From positions 124,001 to 188,000 of IMG/VR virus record IMGVR_UViG_3300002143_000235: DNA of 64,000 bases; one strand, 5' to 3'. Within the stretch, counting starts at the first letter, position 1. Every line of letters starts with the position of its first letter. A program made the position numbers and the translations under genes. A model generated the notes under the pieces. That model made no database searches. It was not told where the DNA came from and was given only the letters and a program-made list of their open reading frames with translations. Below are positions 28,060 to 37,554 of the stretch, in pieces.

Positions 28060-28136
28060 GCTTCGTTATACCCTCATGCTTATACCATGTAGAAAGGTTA
28101 GTCTGGTTCACGTTGGTTCAAATCCAACACGAAGTA
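28060..28136 (+). ncRNA. tRNA-like RNA with rearranged arms, TAT anticodon-like loop
   Basis: Acceptor GCTTCGT/ACGAAGT-A and canonical T-arm. The CATG-CT TAT AC-CATG hairpin precedes a D-loop-like AGTCTGGT. Confidence 0.6.
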
Positions 28137-28146
28137 CAAGCATAAA

Positions 28147-28171
28147 GATGGTTCGACTCCATCCAGGCCTA
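28147..28171 (+). pseudogene. Orphan tRNA 3' fragment (T-arm plus acceptor strand)
   Basis: GATGG-TTCGACT-CCATC-CAGGCCT-A with no matching 5' half nearby. Confidence 0.6.
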
Positions 28172-28188
28172 CAAATAAAGAATTGAAA

Positions 28189-28326
28189 ATGAATAAGAAA
28201 TTGATACAACGAATTGAAGAAATCTTCGAACAAAAGTTACAATCGAAGACAGGTTGGGGTCGCAACGAGATCCTGGCACTTCACAAAGAAGCAGTTAATG
28301 AAGCTCTTTTAGAGTTAATTGACTAA
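28189..28326 (+). CDS. Small hypothetical protein (45 aa)
   Basis: MNKKLIQRIEEIFEQKLQSKTGWGRNEIL... with an A-rich leader. Confidence 0.65.
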   Translation: MNKKLIQRIEEIFEQKLQSKTGWGRNEILALHKEAVNEALLELID

Positions 28327-28330
28327 AAAT

Positions 28331-28402
28331 GCTGGAATAGTATAATGGTTATTATATCTGTTTTGTAATCAGGTGATCACAGTTCGATCCTGTGTTCCAG
28401 CT
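28331..28402 (+). tRNA. tRNA-Thr(TGT)
   Basis: GCTGGAA/TTCCAGC acceptor and TT TGT AA loop. Confidence 0.9.
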
Positions 28403-28528
28403 CTGATATGCCACGTAAGCCTCTACAAGTATGCTCAAACCGCGGACGTTAGGTAATCTGTCTGAGGTACCAGAGGACAGATTGAAAAGATACGGAGTTG
28501 TGAATCTCGAGGGCTAAAATCACAAACT

Positions 28529-28600
28529 GCCGGAATGGTCGAGCGATTAGGCGTCTCCCTGCAAAGGAGAATCACGGGGGTTTGAATCCCTCTTCCGGCT
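28529..28600 (+). tRNA. tRNA-Cys(GCA)
   Basis: TCTCC-CT GCA AA-GGAGA with U73. Confidence 0.92.
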
Positions 28601-28615
28601 CAATAAATTTAAAAT

Positions 28616-28765
28616 ATGTCAATATTATCAATCATTCTCATCTGTTTAGGTGTTTACGCTGTAATCGGATTAATTGTAGGACTTGTTACAAAGAGTGTTG
28701 CAAACGGTTTTCTCTGGGGTGTTGAATTGATTGGTGAGTTATTTGAAAATATTGATTTCGATTAA
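28616..28765 (+). CDS. Small membrane protein (49 aa)
   Basis: MSILSIILICLGVYAVIGLIVGLV... hydrophobic. Confidence 0.6.
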   Translation: MSILSIILICLGVYAVIGLIVGLVTKSVANGFLWGVELIGELFENIDFD

Positions 28766-28769
28766 AAAT

Positions 28770-28841
28770 GTTGGTGTGTCCGAATAGTTATGGTACTGGT
28801 CTGCAAAACCAGTTAAGTAGGCGCAAGTCCTACCACCAACT
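28770..28841 (+). tRNA. tRNA-Cys(GCA), second copy with atypical T-loop
   Basis: CTGGT-CT GCA AA-ACCAG, T-loop CGCAAGT, U73. Confidence 0.85.
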
Positions 28842-28855
28842 CAAATAAATTAAGA

Positions 28856-29023
28856 ATGGTACTTTACATTATTTTAGCAGCACTCATTTACATCATTATA
28901 AGCGTGATAGTTTATTTCATTATGCAAAATGAAGAATCTGATAAGAAATGGTTATGGACAATCTTTTGGCCGATTGCACTTGGATTTGAGCTTTTAGCAA
29001 ATAGTATGTGGTTTTTCTTCTGA
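28856..29023 (+). CDS. Small membrane protein (55 aa)
   Basis: MVLYIILAALIYIIISVIVYF...IFWPIAL. TGATG coupling to the next gene. Confidence 0.6.
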   Translation: MVLYIILAALIYIIISVIVYFIMQNEESDKKWLWTIFWPIALGFELLANSMWFFF

Positions 29024-29433
29024 TGAGATACATTTTTACAGATATTGATGGAGTTCTTCAGATAAAGAATCCTAAAAAGTGGGATAAGAAGTGTTGTGCT
29101 TTGTATAATAAGCTTTGTAACGAGCTTGATTTGAAAGCTGTTATAACTTCTACTTGGAGAGTACGATACAGTGTTAGAGAGCTTCAAAACATCTTTTATG
29201 ATCAAGGTATTGATGTAGAAATTGTTGGTGTAACTGATGTATTAGGAATTGATCGTGGTGAAGAAATCTTGAACTACATTCGAGATAACAGTGTAAGTGA
29301 ATATGTTGTGATCGATGATAATGTTAGAGACATAATACCATTTGTAAATAATGTTGTAGGTATCGATAAATCATATATTGGACTTACAGAAGAAAATTGT
29401 AAAGAAATTAAAAAAATATTTAGTAATGATTGA
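29023..29433 (+). CDS. HAD domain of Swiss-Army-Knife RNA-repair type (HAD_SAK_2-like)
   Basis: IFTDIDGVL, VITSTWR, RGEEI and YVVIDD. Confidence 0.8.
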   Translation: MRYIFTDIDGVLQIKNPKKWDKKCCALYNKLCNELDLKAVITSTWRVRYSVRELQNIFYDQGIDVEIVGVTDVLGIDRGEEILNYIRDNSVSEYVVIDDNVRDIIPFVNNVVGIDKSYIGLTEENCKEIKKIFSND

Positions 29434-29635
29434 ACATAATGGAAAAATTTATGTCGAAGTACGTAGAATCAAGAAGTCAACATTTGAGACAGGTCTTGAA
29501 GGTGTAAAAAAATATATGGAGCACATTAAGGCTGAACATGTATTACAAGATGCTGAGTATTTCATCTTTGTTAATTTTGTTGATGATGTAGAATTTGAAA
29601 TGGTTGAAGAACCAGTTGTCGATGAGACAGCATAA
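29426..29635 (+). CDS. Hypothetical protein
   Basis: Coupled ORF starting MIEHNGK. Confidence 0.65.
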   Translation: MIEHNGKIYVEVRRIKKSTFETGLEGVKKYMEHIKAEHVLQDAEYFIFVNFVDDVEFEMVEEPVVDETA

Positions 29636-29644
29636 AATAAATAT

Positions 29645-29715
29645 GGCAATATAGTTCAAGGGTAGAACGGTGGAATCATAACCCACTAATTTCAGTTCGA
29701 GTCTGAATATTGCTA
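29645..29715 (+). tRNA. tRNA with CAT anticodon (Met or Ile2)
   Basis: GGCAATA/TATTGCT-A and GTGGA-AT CAT AA-CCCAC. Confidence 0.88.
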
Positions 29716-29797
29716 CTTTGACTTTTTAGTGAAACAGATTTCATATAACTGGTCTAAAGGAAGAAAAAATTAAATTAAAATTAATACCTGTGTATCA

Positions 29798-29935
29798 ATG
29801 TCAAAACAATTACCATTAAAGTTTAAATTCTTTGATGAATCTGGAAAACTTTTAGAATTTGTTAATACAAAAAATGTTGAAGTTGTTGCTATTACTACAC
29901 CACACAATTTATGTTTTTATCTTTTTTACAGATAA
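29798..29935 (+). CDS. Small hypothetical protein (45 aa)
   Basis: MSKQLPLKFKFFDESGKLLEFVN... Confidence 0.45.
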   Translation: MSKQLPLKFKFFDESGKLLEFVNTKNVEVVAITTPHNLCFYLFYR

Positions 29936-30001
29936 AATTGCTAAAATATTTTTTTGTATCGTTTTTTTTATTATATTTGTATTGTTCAATTAATAATTCA
30001 A

Positions 30002-30316
30002 ATGGAAAATCCTTTACAAGATATCATTCAGAGTATGTTTAAGAAATTAAATGATCCGAAAGTAACTACGGCTAAGCTAGCACAAATTATTATGATTGCA
30101 AGCGAATCACGGGAGGGATTACTTGAGGAACCTGAAAACTGTCCAGCAGAAAATATTTCGTGGGTAAATGAATCAATTATCGAATACACTAAAATAATTG
30201 TGCAAGCAAACCATAAAGCACAACGTATGTTGAATGGTGATTTGGTACCAGAATCGTGTGATGCTGAATTGGAAGAGGCACTTACTGAGATTTCACAACA
30301 GCTGATTTCAGCATAA
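30002..30316 (+). CDS. Hypothetical early protein
   Basis: Host-type promoter with conserved leader at 29972-29993. Confidence 0.7.
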   Translation: MENPLQDIIQSMFKKLNDPKVTTAKLAQIIMIASESREGLLEEPENCPAENISWVNESIIEYTKIIVQANHKAQRMLNGDLVPESCDAELEEALTEISQQLISA

Positions 30317-30326
30317 AAATATTTTT

Positions 30327-30722
30327 ATGAGCATAGTAGAACTAACTAGTAAAGGTAAAATTAAGATCAAACGCGGAATGTCTGACGATCTTAAAGCACA
30401 CATTCATCAATTGAATACACTCAAATCTGTAGATCCTGAATTGGGTACATGGTATGATGCAAAGAAATTTAAACCTGTGGCTAATGGTAGTTATCTTACC
30501 ATTCTGGAATCTGGTGCTCGTAATCGTGATTCTCAAAGTTGGGCTGGTATGGGTGATCCAGAAACAGCATCATATAACACAAACTACGATTCTTCACCAT
30601 TGAATAATTGGAGTGGACGTGGAACATTACGTGTAGCATTCTTTACAGCAATGCCTATTTTTGATAAAACTTGGGAAAAAGGTATTTTTAATGAATGTGG
30701 TAAATGGATTGATCCAGCTTAA
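30327..30722 (+). CDS. Hypothetical protein
   Basis: ORF in an operon. Confidence 0.7.
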   Translation: MSIVELTSKGKIKIKRGMSDDLKAHIHQLNTLKSVDPELGTWYDAKKFKPVANGSYLTILESGARNRDSQSWAGMGDPETASYNTNYDSSPLNNWSGRGTLRVAFFTAMPIFDKTWEKGIFNECGKWIDPA

Positions 30723-30751
30723 ATAGAATTTATTTAATTAATAGAAAAAAT

Positions 30752-31126
30752 ATGTTTAGTAAATTATTTGGTAAGAAAAAACCAGTTGTAACACAACAAA
30801 CCGAAACAGTTGTTTTAGAAGAAACAATTCAAGAAGATGTAATTGAAGAAGTAGCCACACAAATCGAATCAGAAACACTAGTTGAACCGATTTATGATGA
30901 ACTTATGCACTATATTGCATTTTATAATACACCAAGTGGTGGAAAAGCAAAAGGTTATTGGCAAACATCTCAAGCAAAAGTTGATGAAGAAACAAATAGT
31001 TTTTTATTTAAAAATCAATTAGGATATACACGTTATCAGACAGCGAGTATTTCACATGCAAAAGTTGTCAAAATTGCTGAAGAATTAAATATCAATATCA
31101 GTGATGTATTAGCATCAGTGGGTTAA
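30752..31126 (+). CDS. Hypothetical protein
   Basis: MFSKLFGKKK amphipathic N-terminus. Confidence 0.7.
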   Translation: MFSKLFGKKKPVVTQQTETVVLEETIQEDVIEEVATQIESETLVEPIYDELMHYIAFYNTPSGGKAKGYWQTSQAKVDEETNSFLFKNQLGYTRYQTASISHAKVVKIAEELNINISDVLASVG

Positions 31127-31152
31127 TTAAGACTTTTCATTGTTTAATTGAT

Positions 31153-31455
31153 ATGGAAAAAAGAAATCAATTTTTAGAAGCTGACGGTTTGTATTGGGAA
31201 TCTGATACACATGAATGGTTTCATGATAAAAGTACGACATCTTATGCACAAAAAAATCAATTTTGTGGAACTACTGAAATGAAAGATAGTTTAACAAATA
31301 TTTATTGTTTTATTGTAAGAGATAAGAATAATGGTGAATATAATTATGTCATTTTAGATTCAAAAAAAAATGAGGTTATATATGATTCCAAAAAATTAGA
31401 AGATTTAGCATTTTATATCGATAAATTAAAAATTGAAAAACGTTTCAATTTATAG
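31153..31455 (+). CDS. Hypothetical protein
   Basis: ORF in an operon. Confidence 0.65.
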   Translation: MEKRNQFLEADGLYWESDTHEWFHDKSTTSYAQKNQFCGTTEMKDSLTNIYCFIVRDKNNGEYNYVILDSKKNEVIYDSKKLEDLAFYIDKLKIEKRFNL

Positions 31456-31489
31456 TGTTTAATTGAAATATTATACCTATATTTACAGT

Positions 31490-32614
31490 ATGAAAATTCT
31501 ATCAAAAGAACAAGCATCGACAAAATTGAAAGGTATTTTACCTGTAGACATTCAGATTCTAGCAAACGCATTTCAGCTTGCTAGTTTTGATTTGTTCTTG
31601 GTTGGTGGTTGTATACGTGATGCATTTATGGACAAAGCACCAAAAGATTTCGATGTTTGTACAAATGCAATGCCTGAGCAAGTAATGGAAATTCTTAAAG
31701 CAAATGCAATTAACTTCCAACTTCAAGGTGAAGCATTTGGTGTTGTTGTTGCGAGAATGTCTGAGGATATAGAAATTGCCACATTTCGCACGGATATTTC
31801 AGGAGGAACTGGTAAAAATTCAGACGATAGTGTTGTATTAGGGGTTACTATTGAAGAAGACGTTGCACGACGTGATCTTACGATAAATGCACTCTTTATG
31901 AATTTGCAGACTGGTGAGATTATTGATCTTGTTGGTGGTATTGATGATTTAAATAATGGTATCGTTCGAACTGTTGGACATCCATCTGAACGTTTTGCAG
32001 AAGACAATCTTCGTAAATTACGTGCTGTTGTTAGAACTGTTAAAACAAATTTTCAATTTGAAGAAAATACTTTTAATTCTATTAAAAATGATCCATCTCT
32101 AAATGTGTCAAAAGAAAGAATCATTATAGAATTATTTAAAATAGATTTCAATTTTGATATTTTACATGATTTATTATTTTCAAGTAATTTAATTTTTGAA
32201 ATTTTACCTGATCTTGATATTACTAATGATACAAATAAACCGATTATATCATTGGATTCAATGTTTGCTATTATTCTTCAAAATGAAAATCTAAAGAATT
32301 TAAATAATAAATTAAACAATTTAAATTTTCCTTGCACATTATCTAATAATATTTGTTTTTTAATTAAATCTATGAAAACTGATTTAACTGAAATTAATCC
32401 CTTTCACTTTTCAAAGGATCGCAAAAAAACAAAATTAACAGTTGATGAATTAATTTTATTTTTTGATAATGATCAAAACATTATTGAATTAATAAATTTT
32501 AAAATAAAACCAGAATTGTCTCAAGAATTAATGGATCAAGGTTTTAAAGGAAAAGATTTAGGTTTGGCTATTGAATTATTTTGTTTTGAGAATCGCACAA
32601 ATATTTTGAAATAA
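31490..32614 (+). CDS. cca: Class II tRNA nucleotidyltransferase (CCA-adding enzyme)
   Basis: LVGGCIRD, KDFDVCT, EIATFR, EDVARRDLTINAL and RFAEDNLRKLRA. Confidence 0.88.
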   Translation: MKILSKEQASTKLKGILPVDIQILANAFQLASFDLFLVGGCIRDAFMDKAPKDFDVCTNAMPEQVMEILKANAINFQLQGEAFGVVVARMSEDIEIATFRTDISGGTGKNSDDSVVLGVTIEEDVARRDLTINALFMNLQTGEIIDLVGGIDDLNNGIVRTVGHPSERFAEDNLRKLRAVVRTVKTNFQFEENTFNSIKNDPSLNVSKERIIIELFKIDFNFDILHDLLFSSNLIFEILPDLDITNDTNKPIISLDSMFAIILQNENLKNLNNKLNNLNFPCTLSNNICFLIKSMKTDLTEINPFHFSKDRKKTKLTVDELILFFDNDQNIIELINFKIKPELSQELMDQGFKGKDLGLAIELFCFENRTNILK

Positions 32615-32724
32615 TAGAATGAAGATTGATTTTATTTTTATGAATGAAATTCTCCTAGAAGAAGAGAAATTTAAAATTACAGGATCAAATTAACGACCTT
32701 GTAAAAAACCAGAAAAAAATAATT

Positions 32725-33360
32725 ATGGGTTGGTGGTCAGAAGACATTATGGGTGGAGATACTCCGCTTGATTTTGAAGCAAATATCTACAGCATTTGTG
32801 GCGCACAAATGTTCTACGAGAATAACAAGATCTTACTTTCTCATCTTGAAATTTCAGGAAATATGCCTGCGATTGTTGAAATGATTGAACGTGAAGATGA
32901 TCCAATTGGATGGCAAGTATTAGCTGTGCTTGGTATGGAATGTGGTGTTATTTTCAGTGATGCCATCACTGAAAAGATGCTCCAGGCGTGTGACGAAGAC
33001 GAATGGGCGCAGGAAAACGATATTCGTAAAACACGTATTAATGAGTTAAAGAACGCTATTACCAATTATACAGGTGAATTAGTGGTCATAAATTCTAAAG
33101 GACTGTTTGACACAATGTTTGGTAATTCGACACAACCATTTGTAATTCCAAGCTTCAATCCACAGACTGAGGAAGAGATCCAGAAACTGAATGACTTCCA
33201 GCATTTGGGACCATTTCATCCTTATACTTGTGATCGTGGAGCTGTTGAATGCGAAGTTAATAATATACCGAGAGATTATTCAAAGGATGGTATTTTGATT
33301 GCTACAACTGATGGTTGGATTTGTCCTTGCGGTAAATACAAACAACCGTATCGGGACTGA
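32725..33360 (+). CDS. Hypothetical protein with C-terminal Zn-binding motif
   Basis: MGWWS..I.GGD N-terminus and FHPYTC...GWICPCGKYKQ. Confidence 0.7.
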   Translation: MGWWSEDIMGGDTPLDFEANIYSICGAQMFYENNKILLSHLEISGNMPAIVEMIEREDDPIGWQVLAVLGMECGVIFSDAITEKMLQACDEDEWAQENDIRKTRINELKNAITNYTGELVVINSKGLFDTMFGNSTQPFVIPSFNPQTEEEIQKLNDFQHLGPFHPYTCDRGAVECEVNNIPRDYSKDGILIATTDGWICPCGKYKQPYRD

Positions 33361-33396
33361 TCGGATGATATATATGGTAAAGGATCTGATTATCCC

Positions 33397-36375
33397 GTGC
33401 CATTTGACAAATCAATACGTTTATTAAATTTCTGTGTAGAAGAGTCTAATAGACTGAAACTATACACATCATTACCACATGATTATGTCGTAGGTGATAC
33501 TGTTTTTATTAATGGTGGTTATTATGATAATAGTAAAAACTTAGTCAATGTATCATCTTTTGCAGGTGGAACTGCATATAATCCATTCTCTAACCAATTA
33601 AAAGGTTATGAAGTTTTAGCTATAAACTATTCAGATAATAGTGTTGTACTTGATATTATTGTTGATGTCAACAATTTAATTTATCCATACGGTGTTGAAA
33701 ATAATCCATACGGTGATCCACAAAATCTTATAGATTTAGCTTATAACACATTTGATAATGATGATTTATACAAACACGTTTATATAAGTCGTGCACTATT
33801 TTCTACTGGTTCATTTCGCCAAGGTATCATCAATAATGGTGTATTTGGAAATGATCATAACACTGTAAGAATCAATCGTCAAATTTCATCAACAAACACT
33901 CAATGTGTTGTTAATCATATTGCATCAAAAAATGTATTAATGTCAAGTGGTGTTATACATTCTAAAACTGATAGTGATGTTGCTCCATGTCTCGCTATAA
34001 AAGTTGTAGAAGATGCTACAGTTGGAAGTCCAAACCCTTTTTATCTTGATCTTGTAGGATTTGATGCCAATAACAATGGATTTGGATTTAATATGTTCGA
34101 CCGTTTTACAGTTACAGATAATGCTAATATTGATAATGGTGTATTGGATAATCCAATACTTAATGGTATTGATATTACATTACCAACATTTACTGGTGGA
34201 TATATTGGATCGGATGGACCAATTTATGGATTGACTCTTAACGATAATATAAGTATGGATGGTGTTACACTTAGATCATCAACTATGATTAGTACTCATG
34301 TTGAAATAGCAAATGCACAAATTGATACATCTATTTCTCTTCGTGGAATTTCATTTGCTTATACTGCAAATGAATCAGAATTTATTTTAAATGTTAATTA
34401 TGAAACTGTTGCTAACAAGAAATGGGATATTAATACATTTTACTATATTCAAGGTTTTCGTTTTTTAGATAATAATACATACTTTCCATTTAATCAAGCT
34501 GAGATGTGGGCTAAATTAACGGATGTTTCATACACTTTTGGTGATATAACAAGTGCAACAATGACATTTGATACAGATATTGAGTATATTATTGATTGGG
34601 CAGTAATGATGAGTACTTATGCTGCAAATGATATTGATTGTTCAGATGTAATTCTTTATCCACGTTTAACTATTACACCTAAACATATCATACCTAATAC
34701 TTATATAAATCAATCAACTTTACGAACATTATATGATAATACACTTGGTACTATGTTTGTTTCAAATACAAATATTTCAGGTATACATATTGGTACAATG
34801 TTTGATGGTTATTGTACTCTTAACGGAACTCATGCTGGTTTAAGTACACGTCTTGCTAAATTTATACAAGTACATGATGCTATTACTGAATCAGCAACAG
34901 CATTAGATGGTCAATATGTGACAATTGAATATAAGACACCAATAAAAGCTAATTTTATTAATTCTGAAATTAGAGAAGGTTGGATTTATGATTCATTTAT
35001 TCGTGATACACATGTATATGGTAGTACAAATAGTGTTTATTTGAATAATTTAAAATTACAAGATGGTTCTAAAGTAGATTCTGGAGTGTTTTGGAATGAT
35101 GCTCAAGTTAATTTTACTGGTACAGATATTGGTGGATTATCAGGATTTGATCTTATTGAAACTGCGTATCTTGGTGATCGAAAAACACCATGGATTACAG
35201 GACTTGCTGGTATTGCTCCACTTAATTCAACACAAGGTGCAACTAATATTAATAAAATTGAAGGAAATAGAGCTGCAGGATATTACACGTCACAAGCACA
35301 AACAACTTTACAAACATTATTTCCAGTTAATAATAATACAATAAACTATGAAGTCCCAACACTTTACAATGTTATTACATCTATAAATACTTCTAAACAA
35401 ATTGCTATTCTTGATTATAAGACAATGACATATAATGGTGTCATTTGGCAGTCGGGTATTGTTAAACCACGTATTATGTATGGAAGTGTTATTGCTTTAA
35501 ATTTTACACTTCAACTAGCGCTTCAAAGAAAATTTGCTAATACGCTTGCTGGAATTTATACGTTACCAGGAGTTGATCCAAGTATTGCAACAACATCACA
35601 GATTACACGTGTGGATGATAATTTCTTAGTAACACAAAACCTCTACGGATATCCAACAGAAGCTCGTACACAGCGTGAAATGACTATCTATGTCAAAGAT
35701 TTGATTTCTCCTATGTCAAATGCTGTACCAGATCCAGTAAACAATAATCCAAATGTATTATTTTTTGCTAAAGTAACACCAAATGTTGGACCAAGTTATG
35801 ATAATATTTTAACAGGTTCAACAACTGCTATTGCTAATGGTATTAACAAATTAAAATTTAGACATAATGGTGTATTTGCAGCAACTGTTGGAAATGCAAC
35901 AGATGTACCAGCATGTTTTATTGAAATTGAGCGTATAATTATAACAGAAAAAGATTTATTAGATGTTATCACTAATAGAAATATTGTTATATCAAATTAT
36001 TGTGTCCCATCACCAACAGCTGTTGGTGATACACGTTATTCATTTGATACAACTGTTGCACTTAATACTTATCCAACTGATTTTGTAATTAAAGATAATG
36101 CTGATGTTGATGTTACAATTAATATGGATTCGACAAAAAAGATTGATGTTATAATTGAATACTGGGTTACATGGTATTATAAATCTGCAACATATGCTGT
36201 TACTAATTTAGGTAACTCTAATCTTCTTACAGGTCATAGTGGTGGTGTTAGAACAAAACATACTCTTAATCTTGCATTTGAATCGAATAATGAAACATAC
36301 TATTTGATTACAGCAACAGGTAACAACCGAATTACATCAAGCGCTGGTGATCCATTAGTTTATGAATTACCGTGA
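33397..36375 (+). CDS. Large putative virion structural protein (992 aa)
   Basis: T/N/G-rich and beta-rich composition. GATATATA upstream. Confidence 0.6.
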   Translation: MPFDKSIRLLNFCVEESNRLKLYTSLPHDYVVGDTVFINGGYYDNSKNLVNVSSFAGGTAYNPFSNQLKGYEVLAINYSDNSVVLDIIVDVNNLIYPYGVENNPYGDPQNLIDLAYNTFDNDDLYKHVYISRALFSTGSFRQGIINNGVFGNDHNTVRINRQISSTNTQCVVNHIASKNVLMSSGVIHSKTDSDVAPCLAIKVVEDATVGSPNPFYLDLVGFDANNNGFGFNMFDRFTVTDNANIDNGVLDNPILNGIDITLPTFTGGYIGSDGPIYGLTLNDNISMDGVTLRSSTMISTHVEIANAQIDTSISLRGISFAYTANESEFILNVNYETVANKKWDINTFYYIQGFRFLDNNTYFPFNQAEMWAKLTDVSYTFGDITSATMTFDTDIEYIIDWAVMMSTYAANDIDCSDVILYPRLTITPKHIIPNTYINQSTLRTLYDNTLGTMFVSNTNISGIHIGTMFDGYCTLNGTHAGLSTRLAKFIQVHDAITESATALDGQYVTIEYKTPIKANFINSEIREGWIYDSFIRDTHVYGSTNSVYLNNLKLQDGSKVDSGVFWNDAQVNFTGTDIGGLSGFDLIETAYLGDRKTPWITGLAGIAPLNSTQGATNINKIEGNRAAGYYTSQAQTTLQTLFPVNNNTINYEVPTLYNVITSINTSKQIAILDYKTMTYNGVIWQSGIVKPRIMYGSVIALNFTLQLALQRKFANTLAGIYTLPGVDPSIATTSQITRVDDNFLVTQNLYGYPTEARTQREMTIYVKDLISPMSNAVPDPVNNNPNVLFFAKVTPNVGPSYDNILTGSTTAIANGINKLKFRHNGVFAATVGNATDVPACFIEIERIIITEKDLLDVITNRNIVISNYCVPSPTAVGDTRYSFDTTVALNTYPTDFVIKDNADVDVTINMDSTKKIDVIIEYWVTWYYKSATYAVTNLGNSNLLTGHSGGVRTKHTLNLAFESNNETYYLITATGNNRITSSAGDPLVYELP

Positions 36376-36409
36376 TGAATATATAAAATAACAACGAGAA
36401 TTTATAAAA

Positions 36410-37045
36410 ATGGATTTAGCTATTCACGCTTTACCGGCTGGAGCTGGTAACCTTTTATCAACAGACAGAATACCATATGACAGAGATCTTGGTGGTGGTA
36501 ACTGGAATTCTGAATACCATACAGGTACTGAAATTATTAATGCTATAACTGGACTTGCAACAGCAACGTTTACAAATATTAATACATCAATTAATAATGC
36601 AATTACAACAGCTGTAAGTACAGTTGACTCTAATTTACATATTTTAGCACGTGATACATTTGTATCAGCTTCACATAGTTCAGGTGTATCAATTTTTTTT
36701 GATAGTAATACAGATATTAATACGTTTGTACAAGCTAATAGAATTTATACATTAAAAGTTCGCATTTATGCTTATAAAGCTTTAGGTGCTTGTGCTGTAC
36801 GTGCGCAAGAATACAATATTACAATTAGTACTGATTCAGCTCTACCATCGCCTTTTATACAAATTCTTGGTGGTGGTGGTTCAACAGACTTTTTATTTGA
36901 TCATAACAATACAGCTGGTAGTGATATAATTTTAAATCCTTCCGGATTTTCAATAACTAGTGGAGGTAAATTACGCTGTAGTGTTTCACATAATATTGTA
37001 GGTGAAATTGTAACATTTTTAGGACATTTTCAAATTATTCTTTAA
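36410..37045 (+). CDS. Putative virion/fiber protein
   Basis: Beta-rich and follows the large structural gene. ATATATA upstream. Confidence 0.55.
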   Translation: MDLAIHALPAGAGNLLSTDRIPYDRDLGGGNWNSEYHTGTEIINAITGLATATFTNINTSINNAITTAVSTVDSNLHILARDTFVSASHSSGVSIFFDSNTDINTFVQANRIYTLKVRIYAYKALGACAVRAQEYNITISTDSALPSPFIQILGGGGSTDFLFDHNNTAGSDIILNPSGFSITSGGKLRCSVSHNIVGEIVTFLGHFQIIL

Positions 37046-37554
37046 AGTTGAATATGATTAAATGCTGGTTCATCTAATATTTTTTCAAGTAATTCTTTAA
37101 CAGACATTTTTTTCTCGTCTATAATTATTGGAACTTCTTCATTGGTTAATTTACCATTTAAAAGATCCGTATATCCAGAATATTTTTTTGACATGCGTTC
37201 AACAAATGCCATGATACGTTTAGTCATGTGTGGAATTGGTGCATAAAATAATATATCATCCTTTGAGCCAATTGCTATAATACGCTCAATATTTACCATC
37301 ACATGATCTGGACAAATAGTACATATAAAATGTATACAAGTTCTATATAATTTAGTTTTCTGTATAGTATATGAATTGCTAATATGCATAAAAATTCTGA
37401 AGAATGCGTACGGATCTTCATCTATAGCAAGAGACATCAAATCAAATGCAGTACCTACTACATTTTCATTCTTAATCATTATTACATCATCATTTTGCAT
37501 GTACCAATCAAGGAATATGTAATTCCATTTTAGCGTCTTATGTCCAGTGTCCAT
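37042..37554 (-). CDS. Hypothetical protein
   Basis: ORF downstream of primase. Confidence 0.7.
   Translation of the reverse strand: MDTGHKTLKWNYIFLDWYMQNDDVIMIKNENVVGTAFDLMSLAIDEDPYAFFRIFMHISNSYTIQKTKLYRTCIHFICTICPDHVMVNIERIIAIGSKDDILFYAPIPHMTKRIMAFVERMSKKYSGYTDLLNGKLTNEEVPIIIDEKKMSVKELLEKILDEPAFNHIQL

Noticed and set aside
27220-28171. Split tRNA formed from the 5' fragment at 27220 and the 3' fragment at 28147
   Set aside because: The acceptor strands GCTCGTG and CAGGCCT are not complementary.
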